From contig JBHGNT010000001.1 of NCBI GenBank assembly GCA_043228905.1, positions 30,318,001 through 30,382,000 on the forward strand: 64,000 nt of DNA, given 5' to 3'. Shown piece by piece: positions 1-12,247 of this stretch. The notes beneath the pieces were generated by a model. That model made no database searches and was not told the DNA's origin. It saw nothing but the letters and a program-made list of their open reading frames with translations. The first letter of the stretch is position 1; each line of letters opens with the position of its first letter. Source of the DNA: Azolla caroliniana. Taxonomy: Eukaryota; Plantae; Polypodiophyta. Made by a program: the position numbers and the translations under genes.

Positions 1-248
1 TGAATAGTTTATACACACAAAAAATGTTAACAATAAACTATGTTTCTGTGCCCACATGTGTGGTTGGGCACATGTGTGGTTTTGGCTTTTAAGTCCTATT
101 ACGAGGACCCCGAACTACACTTAGACCTCAAGTCTACACATGTGTTATAGTCATATGTATCAACGATGTTGTATGGTCTTGGTCATATTTGAACTCGAGA
201 CCTCGAGAACAAATGCATTAAACATTTGAGCCAACCAAGTAAGTTGAT

Positions 249-640
249 CTCCATCGCCGGTCCGGTTTTGGTTGGCCAAAACCCTTTTCAAGTAGCTAGC
301 CACCTCCACTCTAAGTTCAAGTTACCTTGAACTCTCTATGCTCCACACATAGACACAAAGATAATATCTTTTGCTCCACCTTATATATGATGAGAGCCGT
401 ATTTGTCGTGCCTATGTGGGATATCTCACAATTTTCTCTTTTCTTTTCACAAACTTTATACCCTCATATCTTGACATTTAGTTGTCCATTTCTCGTGTAA
501 TAAAGTGCATTCGAAACCTCCATCATTTTGTACTTTAGATATTAAAAATGTTATCTTCACAATTATTGTATTACATGATTCATACTCGATTTTGTACGTT
601 TTATGGGATTTTCACACTATTGCCGAAAATCTTCACGACA
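249..640 (-). repeat. Partial 3' LTR of element A
   Basis: Direct repeat of 7088-7479, adjacent to the PPT (minus strand TTTGGTGGGGGTGGA). Confidence 0.93.
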
Positions 641-712
641 TCCACCCCCACCAAACCGCACGTCCTCCGGTACGTGCCAAGAAGAGAAGAAGTGAGATTT
701 CGGCTACGATGA

Positions 713-3700
713 TCAATTAGATTCCTCCATGTCTTCATTTTCATCTGGCCTATTATGTTCATCGTCGAGGTAATCGAGGTCAGGATCCTTGTCTTGTCTT
801 TTCTTGAAAAGCTTTACTCTTTTTCCCGCAATGGGTACGACCAACCTTGATCCGTCTAGTTCCGCAAGGTGGTATGTGGCATTATCGTTGGCACTTGTCA
901 CCACATACGGCCCGAACCATCTTCTTGCGAACTTCCTTGTTGTACTATGTTGATTGTCAAGGGTGCTGTCGTAGACCAAAACCCAATCCCCTTCTTCAAT
1001 CTTCTTGGGACGAAGTCGATGCGTGTTGTCGAACCGAACTTTGTTCTTTACTCGGGCTGCCTTCATCATCTTTCGCGCTTTTTCTAAATCTTCAGGTCTT
1101 CTTTCAAGTTGCCTTATCCGCGCCGCTAATAACTCTTCTCGGCTCATCTCGTTCTCCCACGGTATCGCTACCCATGAGGCGATCGTCCTTTCGATGGGCA
1201 TAATCGGCTTTTGTCCATACATAAGCTCCGTCGGCATATACCCTGTCACCGAGCTATGTGTCGTTCTATCGGCCCACAAGGCATAGGGTAATAGTCGTGG
1301 CCAATTCCCGACTCGACCGTTGCATGCCCGTACGATGGCTTTAACGATAGGTCCATGCCCTCGCTCGATCTTCCCATTTGCTTCCGGATTGTAGGCAGTC
1401 GTGAGGGAGAGCTTCACGCCTAGTCTTTCGAAGAGCTCCGTCGCTTCGTGCGCGTCCAACTCCCCTCGGTCGGCCACTATCTTCCCTACACATCCATATC
1501 GGCAAACAACATCTTCAAGTAGAAATTTGCAAACGGCTGAAGTCGTCTTATTTGTCAAGGCTCGTCCTTCCACTTGATTTGTCAAGTCTTCCCTTGCGAG
1601 CGCTAAGTACTTCATTTGTCCCACTCCCATTGGCATCGAGACCAGATCCACCATCCATTTGAAATGAATGGTGAGTGGGTATGTCGGCTTTAACTCATCA
1701 CGATGACGTATATTTGAATATACTTGGCAAGTTTCGCATGTGGACACGAAATGGAGTACATCTTTGTACATGCTTGGCCACCAGTACTTCTCCTTCAACT
1801 TTTCAAACGTCGCCCATGTTCCTCTATGACCTGCCCAAGCACTCTCGTGGAATTCGGTCATTAACGTCTCTTGCTCTTCTTTCTTTACCACCACTCGACG
1901 TGGTATTCCTGTCCTTCTTTTTGGATGTCGCCAAAGGAATCCTCCCTTCAAGAAGTATCGGTAAGCTTTCTTTCGGATTTGTAGGGCCTCCTCCTTTGTC
2001 AACGAAGCATCTGCCGTCAATGTTCTTAGGAATCTACTGATGAGTAACCACTCTCCTTCGTACTTGTTCTCGTTGAAGGCGTGGAGGGTTTGCGTGTCCT
2101 GGTCTTCCGCCGACAATCGAGCCATCTTGAAGAAGTCGAGGGCGACATCTTCATCTTCCGAAACCATGTTACTTCCGTTTGAAAATCTTGCCCTCGATAG
2201 CATGTCAGCCATGGCGTTCTTCTTCCCTGCGATGTGACGGATTTCTGGGTTTAAAGACTTGATGTAGGCGATCCACCTTAGCATAGCAAGATCTGGGGTC
2301 GCACATCCCGAGACCATTCCGAGAATTGGGAGACAATCTGTCTCTATTATCACTTCCGACCCGATGAGGTAATCTTTGTCCGTCTTCACTGCCGACACAA
2401 TACCCCAAAGTTCCCGCTTGACTTGGGCATATCTTTGTTGCCATTCGCTGAGAACCTTTGCTCCGAACCGGACGGCATATCGCACATTATCTTCACCTTC
2501 TTGATTGATGACCCACCTGATTCCGGTTGGGCTCGTATCTACGGTCACGTAAATTGGCTTCCCTTCGGCATAGTCGGCCTTCCTTAGTGCCGGAGCTTCA
2601 AGAAGCAGTTTCTTTAATCTTTACATCGCCTCTGTGTGCTCGTCTCGCCATTCGAACTTTATTCTTTTCTTTAGTAGTCCATATAACGGTTCGGCGACAT
2701 GAGCGTAGTGAGGAATCCATATATGATAAAATGCGCACGCTCCAAGGAACCTTCGAACCTCCGTTTGGTTTTCGCATTCTTCTTTCATGTCTTGGATTGC
2801 GTTCACTTTGGATGGCGAGGGCTTCCGGCCGTATGCTCCACACAAGTGACCTACCACCAAGATCTCCGGTTGCCCGAATGCGGATTTTTCTCCCGAAAAT
2901 GTCAAATTCGCATCTTCGAGCCTTTGAAGCACCTTCTCGCAATCTTTCATATGATCCGCAATGAACTTTCTACAACCTTCCTTATCTTTCGATTCATCTT
3001 TCTCCTCATCCGAACATCCTTTTATCGGAATATCATCCAAGAATGGCATCGTGATGTCCGGAATGCAATCCTTCAAGACTTTATTCATGGCATTCACCAT
3101 ATGAGCCACCGAGTTCGTTGCGCCTTGGGGTAAGGTACACATCTGCACAAGCCCGATCGGAGTCCTCATGGTTGTAATGTCCCGACTGTCGATCACCAAC
3201 TGGAATTGGTCATATCCGGAGTAGAGATCGCCAATGGAGTAGATGGACCGGCCCGCAATCGCTTCGGCAAATTCGTCCACGCTCGGACCGATTCCGGCAT
3301 TTTGAATTGTCACCTTGTTGACGGGTTGAAGATCTTGGATGAATCGCAATGATCCATTCTTCTTCGGCACCGTGAACCACCTATTGGAATAAGGAGCATT
3401 CGACGGTTCTAGAATTCCCATACTCACCTTCTCCTTTAAGAGCTCAATCAGCTTCGGAAGGTGTGCTCTCGGAACCGGTATCGGTTTCAAATTCCAAGGC
3501 ACATGAGGCACCGTGAAGATCACCATTGGCTCTATAACCTTTGGGTCGGCGCATCCGATTTCTCGTGGGAAGAATGCGAAAGCCTTCCCATGTCTCTCAA
3601 GCATATCGCGAAACATTCGCTCCTCTTCAGGGAGAAGGAAATCCTCCTTTCCAACTCGTAGCTTCCCCTTCGTCTCTTTGGTGAAGTCATGACCTATCTT

Positions 3701-4123
3701 CTTTGGATCTCTTAAGCTTGGATCGTTAGCGACTTCCTTCATCTTTTGCCAGTTATCTTCCGGTAGCGGAACCGCAACTGGCTTGATCTTCTTATCCACC
3801 GTTTTATATTTCGTGTTGATGTCAGCTTCCTTCATCGAGATGCCACAACGGTATTCATCGATGATAGCGTACATGTTGACAGAGTTAACCGAAATCACGC
3901 ATTGGTTGTGATGATAGCTCAAGTCCACGACGTCCCCGATTTCGCCGATGGTGTCGTTAAATGAGGCTTCTTCCATAATATGAGTCACGAACTCCCCTTC
4001 TTCTATTATGTTCTCTTCTTTCAGCATCTTCTCGAATTCTTGTATCCGGCTCTTGTGCTTCTTGTCGGGTAGTACTAGTTTACATGCGCCACTAGGTGTG
4101 ACACATGTTGCTTCTCCTTGCAA
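713..4123 (-). pseudogene. pol: Element A pol (RT, RNase H, integrase) with one premature stop at 2621-2623
   Basis: ORFs 2621-4123 and 713-2548 are in the same frame. RT motifs LPQG and PFLDD; IN HHCC (H..AGH..CETC), D-D-E core (VDL, ADRGE, IERG) and WFGPY. Confidence 0.92.
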
Positions 4124-4197
4124 TCCACGTGCTCTTCTTTCTTGTGGGGTCTTGTGATTGCTCGGACTATTTGTGCCCCATGCTTCAATAGTCCGCT

Positions 4198-6402
4198 CTA
4201 AAAATCCGAGGATTCGCCTCCGAGACTATCTTGATTCCTTTCATGATTGGCTCGCACTGTTAGGAATTGGACCGATCTTTGGTTGTCAAGACTCTTTATT
4301 CGTGCAAAGGCTGCTCCATTATTGAACACTTTGGTCTCCATCCGAGATGATGTGATATAAGGTTGCCCTAGGATGACAGGATGCGATGCCGATTCTTGTA
4401 TGAAGAAGTGTTGATCCATCTCCACATCCCCGATCGTGACTTTGACATTGGGACAAGCTCCGTACAAGTCCTCCGTAGACTTTGTTGCCGCGCGAATCTT
4501 CCATCCGTGGTTTGTATTAATTGGCCATCTTCCCTTTTTGTAGAAGTCGGTTGACATGAGGTTGATCTCCGAGCCGTGGTCGATCAAGGCTACGACGGTC
4601 TCTTTCTTCTCCCCGATCTTCACCGGTGTCTCCGTTGTCGCTCGTGCCCAATGAGGTCGAGTGTAGTGGCTGTCCACCATATCTTCATCGATTTCGTCTC
4701 TTGCCATCGTTATGGCATTCGTTTTTGCTTTCTGCGGCTTCTCTTCTTCCTCGTCCGATTGTTGTCTCTTTCTCTTTACAAGGTCCACGATCGTGTCATG
4801 GAACTCCTTCTTCGTAATGCCAAGCAATTCCCTCAAGGACAAAGTTACATGGCTATCAAGAACTCGTTCTTCGAGAATCTTCTTTAGGTCCGTCGTCTGC
4901 TCTATGTCCGACCTTAGCTTATAGGTAGGTATGGTCCTTGTCCTCCGAGCGGGGTCTTCGACACCAACCTTCACGGGCCGAACCGTTTCTTCAACTCGTA
5001 TGCTCGGCTCCCCTTTTCGGCTTGATTCTCGTTCCTCCGTTTGTAAAGGTCGACTCGTCTCCGCATCGTCCTTCTTTTTCGCGTTCCTTGTTTCATGTCT
5101 TTTTGATGGCCCTTGCTCTTCTATTCTCTTTCTCTTTTCTTCGACGAACACCTCGTGGTTGTTGCACATCACCTCTGCAAGTATGGTGTTGTCGTCCACC
5201 GGATCCGACCACCCGGTTATGCTTTGCACGCTTCGGTCCGCAAGCTCTACCTCGTTCGATGTGATTTTTCCCTTCTTCTCATATTCGAGAACGGAAGTCC
5301 AAAACTTTGCTCCCGCTCTAGCAGCTTCAGTCTTGTCTTTCCCGACTCTTATTCCGGCCGACGCAACATAGTGCATCGCATCCACATGAGTCGCATCGGC
5401 ATCCTCCATAGATCTCTTCATTCCTCCTCTTCCGAAATTCACCCGTAGGGGTCTTCTAGTCTCGCTTGAGCAGATCATGTTGTCCTCTATGTATACGATA
5501 TTTTGTCGAATCACCTCTCGAAGGCTCGCACAATCCCTTCTCATGTGGTCCATGCTATCGCACCACACGCATCTAAAGGGTTCTTTTCCTTTAGGGCCCC
5601 GACGATTCATGTTGGCTAGAGTGACCTTCTCGAACTTCTTCGCTAGCTCTTCAATGATGTTGTCATCAATCTTCTTTTCTTCCACGTTACTTTGTCTCAG
5701 CGGCTCAGCTACTTTCGGCGGTCTTGCTTTCTCCGTGGTAGTCGGTCCCGTCAAGTCGGTGTCATCAACCCATTGGCGACGCTTGTTGAGCCTATTGCAT
5801 GCCCGCTTCACCGCGATCCAGTCCGCTACGAGCCCATTTGCTTGGGTATCATCTTCGAGAAGAGTCCCCAACTCCCGTCTATCCTTTATGTCCACGGCCT
5901 TCAAGAAGTACAAAGTCTTGTCCTCTTCAAGCAATACTTGGTCCGTATTGGGGAGACGACTAAACATCTGGTCGAATTCGTCGTACACCCTCGAGACGCT
6001 CATCTTCTTATTCTTCTTCTCTATCCACTTCATTAAGGCATGTCGAGTCATCCTCGTTGAGTCTTCAGTCACGAACTCCGCTAGTATCGTTTTCTCGAAC
6101 TCGGACCATGTTGTCTTTCCTTCTTGAAGCTCGATGACGCGTCTTTGGATGTTGTTGGCGACAACTCTCTTGAAGCTTGCGATTTGACGTGCCTCGGACA
6201 CGTCCCTTTGATTCATCTCCCTCTTATATGCATCAAGGAACTTCGTAACGTTCCTTCCATCGAATTGGCCCTCGAGCTCTACGACACGATCGACAGCCTT
6301 CTCCACGCTTGCGTCGTTGTCCCGAGATCTCATCATTTGCTCGACGATTAGCATCATCCTTTCGAGCTCTCCTGGTTGGTTGCTTGAGGACGCCATCTCC
6401 AA
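4198..6402 (-). CDS. gag: Element A Gag-protease ORF (734 aa)
   Basis: Uninterrupted ORF just downstream of the PBS; zinc knuckle CVWCDSMDHMRRDC; protease-like LIDHGSEINLM and ILGQPY. Confidence 0.9.
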   Translation of the reverse strand: MEMASSSNQPGELERMMLIVEQMMRSRDNDASVEKAVDRVVELEGQFDGRNVTKFLDAYKREMNQRDVSEARQIASFKRVVANNIQRRVIELQEGKTTWSEFEKTILAEFVTEDSTRMTRHALMKWIEKKNKKMSVSRVYDEFDQMFSRLPNTDQVLLEEDKTLYFLKAVDIKDRRELGTLLEDDTQANGLVADWIAVKRACNRLNKRRQWVDDTDLTGPTTTEKARPPKVAEPLRQSNVEEKKIDDNIIEELAKKFEKVTLANMNRRGPKGKEPFRCVWCDSMDHMRRDCASLREVIRQNIVYIEDNMICSSETRRPLRVNFGRGGMKRSMEDADATHVDAMHYVASAGIRVGKDKTEAARAGAKFWTSVLEYEKKGKITSNEVELADRSVQSITGWSDPVDDNTILAEVMCNNHEVFVEEKRKRIEEQGPSKRHETRNAKKKDDAETSRPLQTEERESSRKGEPSIRVEETVRPVKVGVEDPARRTRTIPTYKLRSDIEQTTDLKKILEERVLDSHVTLSLRELLGITKKEFHDTIVDLVKRKRQQSDEEEEKPQKAKTNAITMARDEIDEDMVDSHYTRPHWARATTETPVKIGEKKETVVALIDHGSEINLMSTDFYKKGRWPINTNHGWKIRAATKSTEDLYGACPNVKVTIGDVEMDQHFFIQESASHPVILGQPYITSSRMETKVFNNGAAFARIKSLDNQRSVQFLTVRANHERNQDSLGGESSDF

Positions 6403-6438
6403 GTATTAATCTCGACTTGATCCTTCCTACCGCCTCTT

Positions 6439-6455
6439 TCACGTCGGGTTCACCA
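6439..6455 (-). other. PBS complementary to the tRNA-Trp 3' end
   Basis: Minus strand TGGTGAACCCGACGTGA; matches the plant tRNA-Trp end ...UCACGUCGGGUUCACCA as I recall it. Confidence 0.85.
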
Positions 6456-6463
6456 CTTTATTA

Positions 6464-7479
6464 TGTCGTGAAGATCCGTCACTACGCGCGGATCGTGAGG
6501 CGGAACCGCCGGGGTTCTGGACCAGAAGGATTTAGAGTCGATACAAGCTTTGGCGAGAAAGTACTTAAGATAGATTGGGAAAGAGAGAAGATGAGATTAC
6601 ACGATTGATTTCAAAACGAATTTCTTCCTCCTAATTTTCATAAAAAAACCCCTCTTTTTCTCCTCCCCCTTCCCTCTTTTATAGATGCTCTCATGCATAT
6701 GATGCATGTGAGGGTACAAGACATGCATAAATTGCATGTTTGCCATTTGGCGCTTAAGTATTACATGTGGTGCATGCTAACCATGTCACTCATTTTAGCT
6801 CTCATGTATGAGAATTTACATGTAAAAGTACAATGATAGAAATATAATTTCAACTAAATACCATGGCTTAATGGTAAGCCATTTGACTCCTAACTTGGAG
6901 GTGCAAGGTTTGAATCCACACTTGCCCTCCTTGTATATGTAAGTATGTATATATATTTATATATTTATTTTATCTAGTCGCCGGTTCGCCGGATGTCGCC
7001 GCCGGATGCCGATGCCAATGCCGGATCCCGACGCCGACACCGGATACCGGTGCCGCATGCCGCCGTCGGATGCCGTCGGATCACCGGCTCCATCGCCGGT
7101 CCGGTTTTGGTTGGCCAAAACCCTTTTCGAGTAGCTAGCCACCTCCACTCTAAGTTCAAGTTACCTTGAACTCTCTATGCTCCACACATAGACACAAAGA
7201 TAATATCTTTTGCTCCACCTTATATATGATGAGAGCCGTATTTGTCGTGCCTATGTGGGATATCTCACAATTTTCTCTTTTCTTTTCACAAACTTTATAC
7301 CCTCATATCTTGACATTTAGTTGTCCATTTCTTGTGTAATAAAGTGCATTCGAAACCTCCATCATTTTGTACTTTAGATATTAAAAATGTTATCTTCACA
7401 ATTATTGTATTACATGATTCATACTCGATTTTGTACGTTTTATGGGATTTTCACACTATTGCCGAAAATCTTCACGACA
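6464..7479 (-). repeat. 5' LTR of element A (1016 bp)
   Basis: TG...CA termini, TIR, minus-strand TATAAAAAG near 6680, adjacent PBS. Confidence 0.95.
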
Positions 7480-7681
7480 ACGTGAGCTAATGATATCGAT
7501 TAATGCTCGCCCATGATAGGTTTACATCACGACATGATGTTATGACTATCTCTCCGACCTTATCCTATTTCTTTTCCAGAAATAATCATTTAATGGCTCA
7601 AAATAACGACCCGATGTCATCCGCTTAAGTGGAAGGAACTCAAGGGAATCCTCCTGGACAAATGTCCATTGAGATGTATTT

Positions 7682-8175
7682 TGTTGTCCAGAGGACATAA
7701 ATATGGAATTAGGAAATTAGCAAACGGCGGTAGTGTAATCGAGTAGGAAAGAACGCCAGCGAGCGCCGAGTTCGAGTATCACGGGCCACCGACGACTCGG
7801 CTGTGTATTAGGGGAAACGTTATTTAAACGAGGTCCAGTACCTCAGAGCGAGAGCAGAAAATATAGGCGGAAACACTAGCTTAGTCCATCGTAACTAGAT
7901 AATCCTGTAAGGTCACCGGCCGTAGGCCGTGTTCTATAATCCTTTTGGTGTTGCAGTAATATATCTGATTTGTGCCCATTTTGCTCCATGTGTCTGCGCT
8001 TTGGCTCATACTTATGATTTCAGCGCCGCCCACGCCTATCAAGATCTCGCTAGTGTTTTATCTCTGATCATTTTCTCCCTCACGACGCCTCTATTACGAG
8101 CCTTCACGTACCACACCCTTGGATACCGATAGCCGCAGGTCTATCGAAGGTGTTCACCCAAAGGAACGGGTAACA
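7682..8175 (+). repeat. 5' LTR of element B
   Basis: TGTTG...TAACA; direct repeat of 23330-23823. Confidence 0.95.
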
Positions 8176-8180
8176 CAATT

Positions 8181-8193
8181 TGGCACGCCCGGT
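8181..8193 (+). other. PBS, probably tRNA-Arg
   Basis: TGGCACGCCCGGT starting 5 nt after the LTR; resembles the Arg-type PBS of plant non-chromoviruses (recalled). Confidence 0.7.
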
Positions 8194-11100
8194 TACAGCT
8201 GTGAGTGCACAATGAACTTCGTTGAAGGTAACCACCAGCCGCCGTTACGGCGCCCCCTCGCACCACGAGGTCTCGGCCACCTGCCCGACGCCCTGAGCCA
8301 GTCGAAGGAACTTCCGACTCGGCGGTAACTGACCAATCCTTTCCCGAGCAATCAGAGGCTTCCCCAGTGCAATCCTCGCCACCGGACACTCGATCGCGAG
8401 TTGATTCACCACCAAAACCCCCGCTGAGCCCTCCGGAGGTCAATCAACCGGAACTAAACCCTTTCCCGGTGCTACCAGAAGACCTAGAGTACGACATCAT
8501 GCCGTACCCATACCCACGATACACCGACGGACCAGACGCAGAGTCACACATCCGTGCCTTCATATCCACGTGGCAGGCCAACCACTCAACGCACCGCCTC
8601 ACGCCGGCCGAAATCGATGCCTCAAAGATTGCCGAGTTCACACTCTCCCTCGATGGACCGGCCGCACGATGGTACTCTCGCCTCGAAATAGGAGAGGCCA
8701 CCACTTTCCAAATCGTGCGCACAAAGTTCCTTGAACTTTTTCATCGCGAGGTGCCTAAACGGGAACTCCTCCGACAATTCTTCTCTATATGCCAAGAACC
8801 GCACGAAACGGTTGCGCAGTTCACGATCCGGTTCCAGGATCTCTACAGACAAGTGGCCGATGATGTCTCCGCACAACATATACCAGACACTTTCCTATCC
8901 AGTTTACGAGAGCCTCTCCGAACGACTCTCACACTTACAAATTTCGCCAACCATACTATCGAACAAGTCATAGCGCGGGTTCTCGCCCTCGATCGGACTC
9001 AGCACGACGCGGCCTTCTCGATGACATCCTTACAAAACGCTCTTCCCCAAGAGGACAATCGCTTTCGCCAAGCTCTCCAATACACGGTGTGTTCAGGATC
9101 AGGGCACCTAGCCCTCGAATGTCCCCACCGACCATAGTGTCCGATCTGTCAGTCTCGAGCTCACACTGTCGAGCAGTGCGAATATAATATGCTGAACCGC
9201 ACAACGGCGGCACCGGTCCGCCAGATCGAGCCAAGAAATACATACTCTCGGCAGGACGAGCGATATGCCTACCGAGACCAAGATAACGACCGACCGTGAT
9301 CCCCGGATCGACGGCGCCGAGACGACGACTACCGACGTGATCACTATCACGATGACCGACACGACGATTATGCTCGATATGATGATGATCGTGATGACCG
9401 GTATGATCGACGGAACTCAAGAATTGATCGGCGAAACAGCAACCGCAACTCACACAACAATAGAAGACATAACAACAACCGCCGACGGGACGCTCCTCAA
9501 AATGACCAGCGCAACTCCAACGCACCTCGGACCAACCCACCACCAAACGAGACTGGGAATCAACAACAACAGCTTCCACACACAGACCGAGCGGACACCA
9601 GCAGCTCGGCCAACGTTACGTGTTTTAAATGTAACCAACCACGCCACTACGCCACGCAATGTCTAACAACTAACCGTGGCAAGGCACCCGCGGTGAATAA
9701 TATCATGGCCGATGTTCAAACCGTCACTACCCGGGGTAAAGCGCAGACTACACAGTGGCAAATCCAGGATGAAGTCCGTCAGGCAACAAAAGAATGGATC
9801 GACACGGCCAATAAAAATAATGCCGTGCGCATGCAAACTGACATGAGAGACGGGCCCAGTGGAGCACCACAAACCTCGGTACCATCGACGTCATTGGAGG
9901 ACGACCAACTATGGGATGCTCTTACCAACTCCCGCATCTCGTTGCCCCTACATAATCTGTTACCACTCATGCTGAGATTTCGGGACACCCTGGCTGCACT
10001 CTAGGCCAATACTAAGCCCGTAACGCCACCGGCTCACCTCACCTCACCAGGCACAGGTCCACCACTCATGGATTCTCAGAACCCAACCGTGAAAATCATC
10101 ATTAAAGGACAAGACTTGCACAAATGCATCATAGATGGCGGATCTGGCGTAAACGTTATTAGCGAAACAACTTGTCACAACCTCGGCCTAAATCAATTTG
10201 AACTAGGCCCCTTTTGGCTTCAGATGGCCGACACCCGCTACGTTCGTCCCATTGGTTTAATCCGCCACCTCGACTTCACACTCGAAGGCCACATGTTCAC
10301 AATCTCGGCCGTCGTGCTAAGACTAGAGACACAAGGCGCCTACCCAATGTTACTAGGTAGACCATGGTTGCGTACAACGAATATCAAGCAACATTGGCAA
10401 CACAACATGATCTCGTTCCGACGAGGCAAGACAAAGGTCCGAATTATCACGGAAGAACGCGTCCACGCGGTCCTCAACGCTTCGCTGTTATACATGGAGG
10501 GGGTCCATATGCTCGACGGTTTGGCCGATGAGGAGGTCGATGACTTCCTAGATGATCATCCCACGATCATCCCACTCTTTGAAATCAACGCCATACCAAC
10601 CATCGAGCCACCTAAGGACAAAGACATCACAGAGGAATCCATGCCCCAAGATGAACCGAATCCAACCACAGTTGCGGAGCTACGCCATGCTCGGGATGCT
10701 TTCGAACGCGAGCTCGCCATTTCACAATGGGTCAAAGCATCAACATTGGAAACGATAAACCTCGGCTCGGACGAGAATCCTCGTACGTTACAAATTGCCA
10801 ATAATCTACCAACCGGGGAACGAGCATCCCTCGTACGATTGCTCACCGACTACCGGGATGTTTTCGCTTGGTCTTACACCGATATGAAGGGGCTGGACCC
10901 TCAATATGACCAACATCAAATCCACCTCTTACCCGACACTCGGCCGGTTCAGCAAAGGCGCTACAGGATGAACCCCAACTACGCCGCTAAAGTCTAAGAG
11001 GAAATCGACAAACTACTCCGAGTTGGTTTCATTCGCCCTGTCAAACGAGCCACGTGGTTAAGCCCGATCGTAGTCATCCCAAAGAAGAACAGAAAAATCT

Positions 11101-12247
11101 GAGTTTGCGTCGACTATCGGAAGCTTAACGCAGCCACGGTGACCGACGGGTTCCCTCTCCTGTTCACGGACAACGTCCTCGACACGGTGGCAGGCCACGA
11201 ATGCTACAGTTTCCTCGACGGGTTCAGCGGCTATAACCAGATAAGAATGCACCTGGAGGATCAGGAGAAAACCGCATTCGTCACGGAATGGGGTGTTTTT
11301 GTGGCAGAAGTAATGATGTTCGGTCTAAAAACGGCGCCGGCTACGTTCCAGCGCATCATCACCGAAATCTTTCACGACTACATCCCAGCGTTCATGCAAG
11401 TCTTTCTCGACGATTTCGCCGTTAATGGCCATCAACGGGAACACATGACCCAGCTGCGACTCTGTCTGGACCGATGTCGCCAGACTCGATTAAGCTTAAA
11501 CCCGGCGAAATGCGCGTTCTTAGTCACCAGCGGCAACCTTCTCGGCCACATTGTCAATCAAGAAGGCATCGCTATGGACCCGGATAAAGTAAAGACCATC
11601 CTGACCGCCCCCACACCCTCGAATGCAAAGGCACTAAGCTGATTTTTGGGACAAATCAAGTGGCACAGCCGAATGATACGGCATCTGGCCGATTTTGCGA
11701 CACCTTTACATGCGGCAGTCCATCGCCTTCCCTTCCAATGGACGTCAACCGAGGACACGACTTACCAAACCCTTAAACTGATGCTCTCACATGCCCCGGT
11801 GGTCCAGCCCCTGGTTTGGTCCAAACCATTCCATGTCTTCGTGGATGCCTCAAACATCGCCATCGGAAGCGCCTTGATGCAATGTACACTCCCAAATTGG
11901 TATAGGCATGTGTACTACGCCAACCGACGGCTCTCAACCGCGGAAAAGAACTACTCCACCATCGAGTGAGAGGCCCTCGGTATGATTTATAACATCAATA
12001 AATTCCGGCATTACCTCTTGGGTCGGAAGTTTACCTTTCACGTGGATCACTCGACCCTTCTTTATTTGGTCAATAAACAAGCCCTCACTGGATGCTCCTA
12101 CTCCAAGAATTTGATTTCCAGATTCAGCATCGACCCGGGGTCCAACACGCCATCGCCGACTACTTGAGCCGTCTTGAATCAGGGGAACCGGCAGAAACAA
12201 CGTACGACAATTTACCGGATGCCAGCTTATTTAACCTAACCACGATG

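Larger units (their letters stand above)
249..7479 (-). mobile_element. Element A: near-intact Ty3/gypsy LTR retrotransposon, tRNA-Trp-primed family; 3' LTR truncated or interrupted at 249
   Basis: 5' LTR 6464-7479 has a 12-bp TIR (TGTCGTGAAGAT...ATCTTCACGACA). 249-640 matches 7088-7479 with about 2 differences. PBS at 6439-6455, PPT at 641-655, domain order gag-PR / RT-RH-IN. Confidence 0.95.

Noticed and set aside
187-233. Possible third A/B-box pair on the minus strand (TGGCTCAAATG ... GAGTTCAAAT)
   Set aside because: Both boxes are degenerate, the spacing is short (about 38 nt), and the context is cut by the window edge.
6861-6925. Functional tRNA gene
   Set aside because: There is no acceptor or anticodon stem pairing; reported only as a tRNA-like promoter module.
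9265-9666. Thr-rich 133-aa ORF
   Set aside because: It is an alternative frame of the low-complexity D/R/N-rich nucleocapsid region of B gag.
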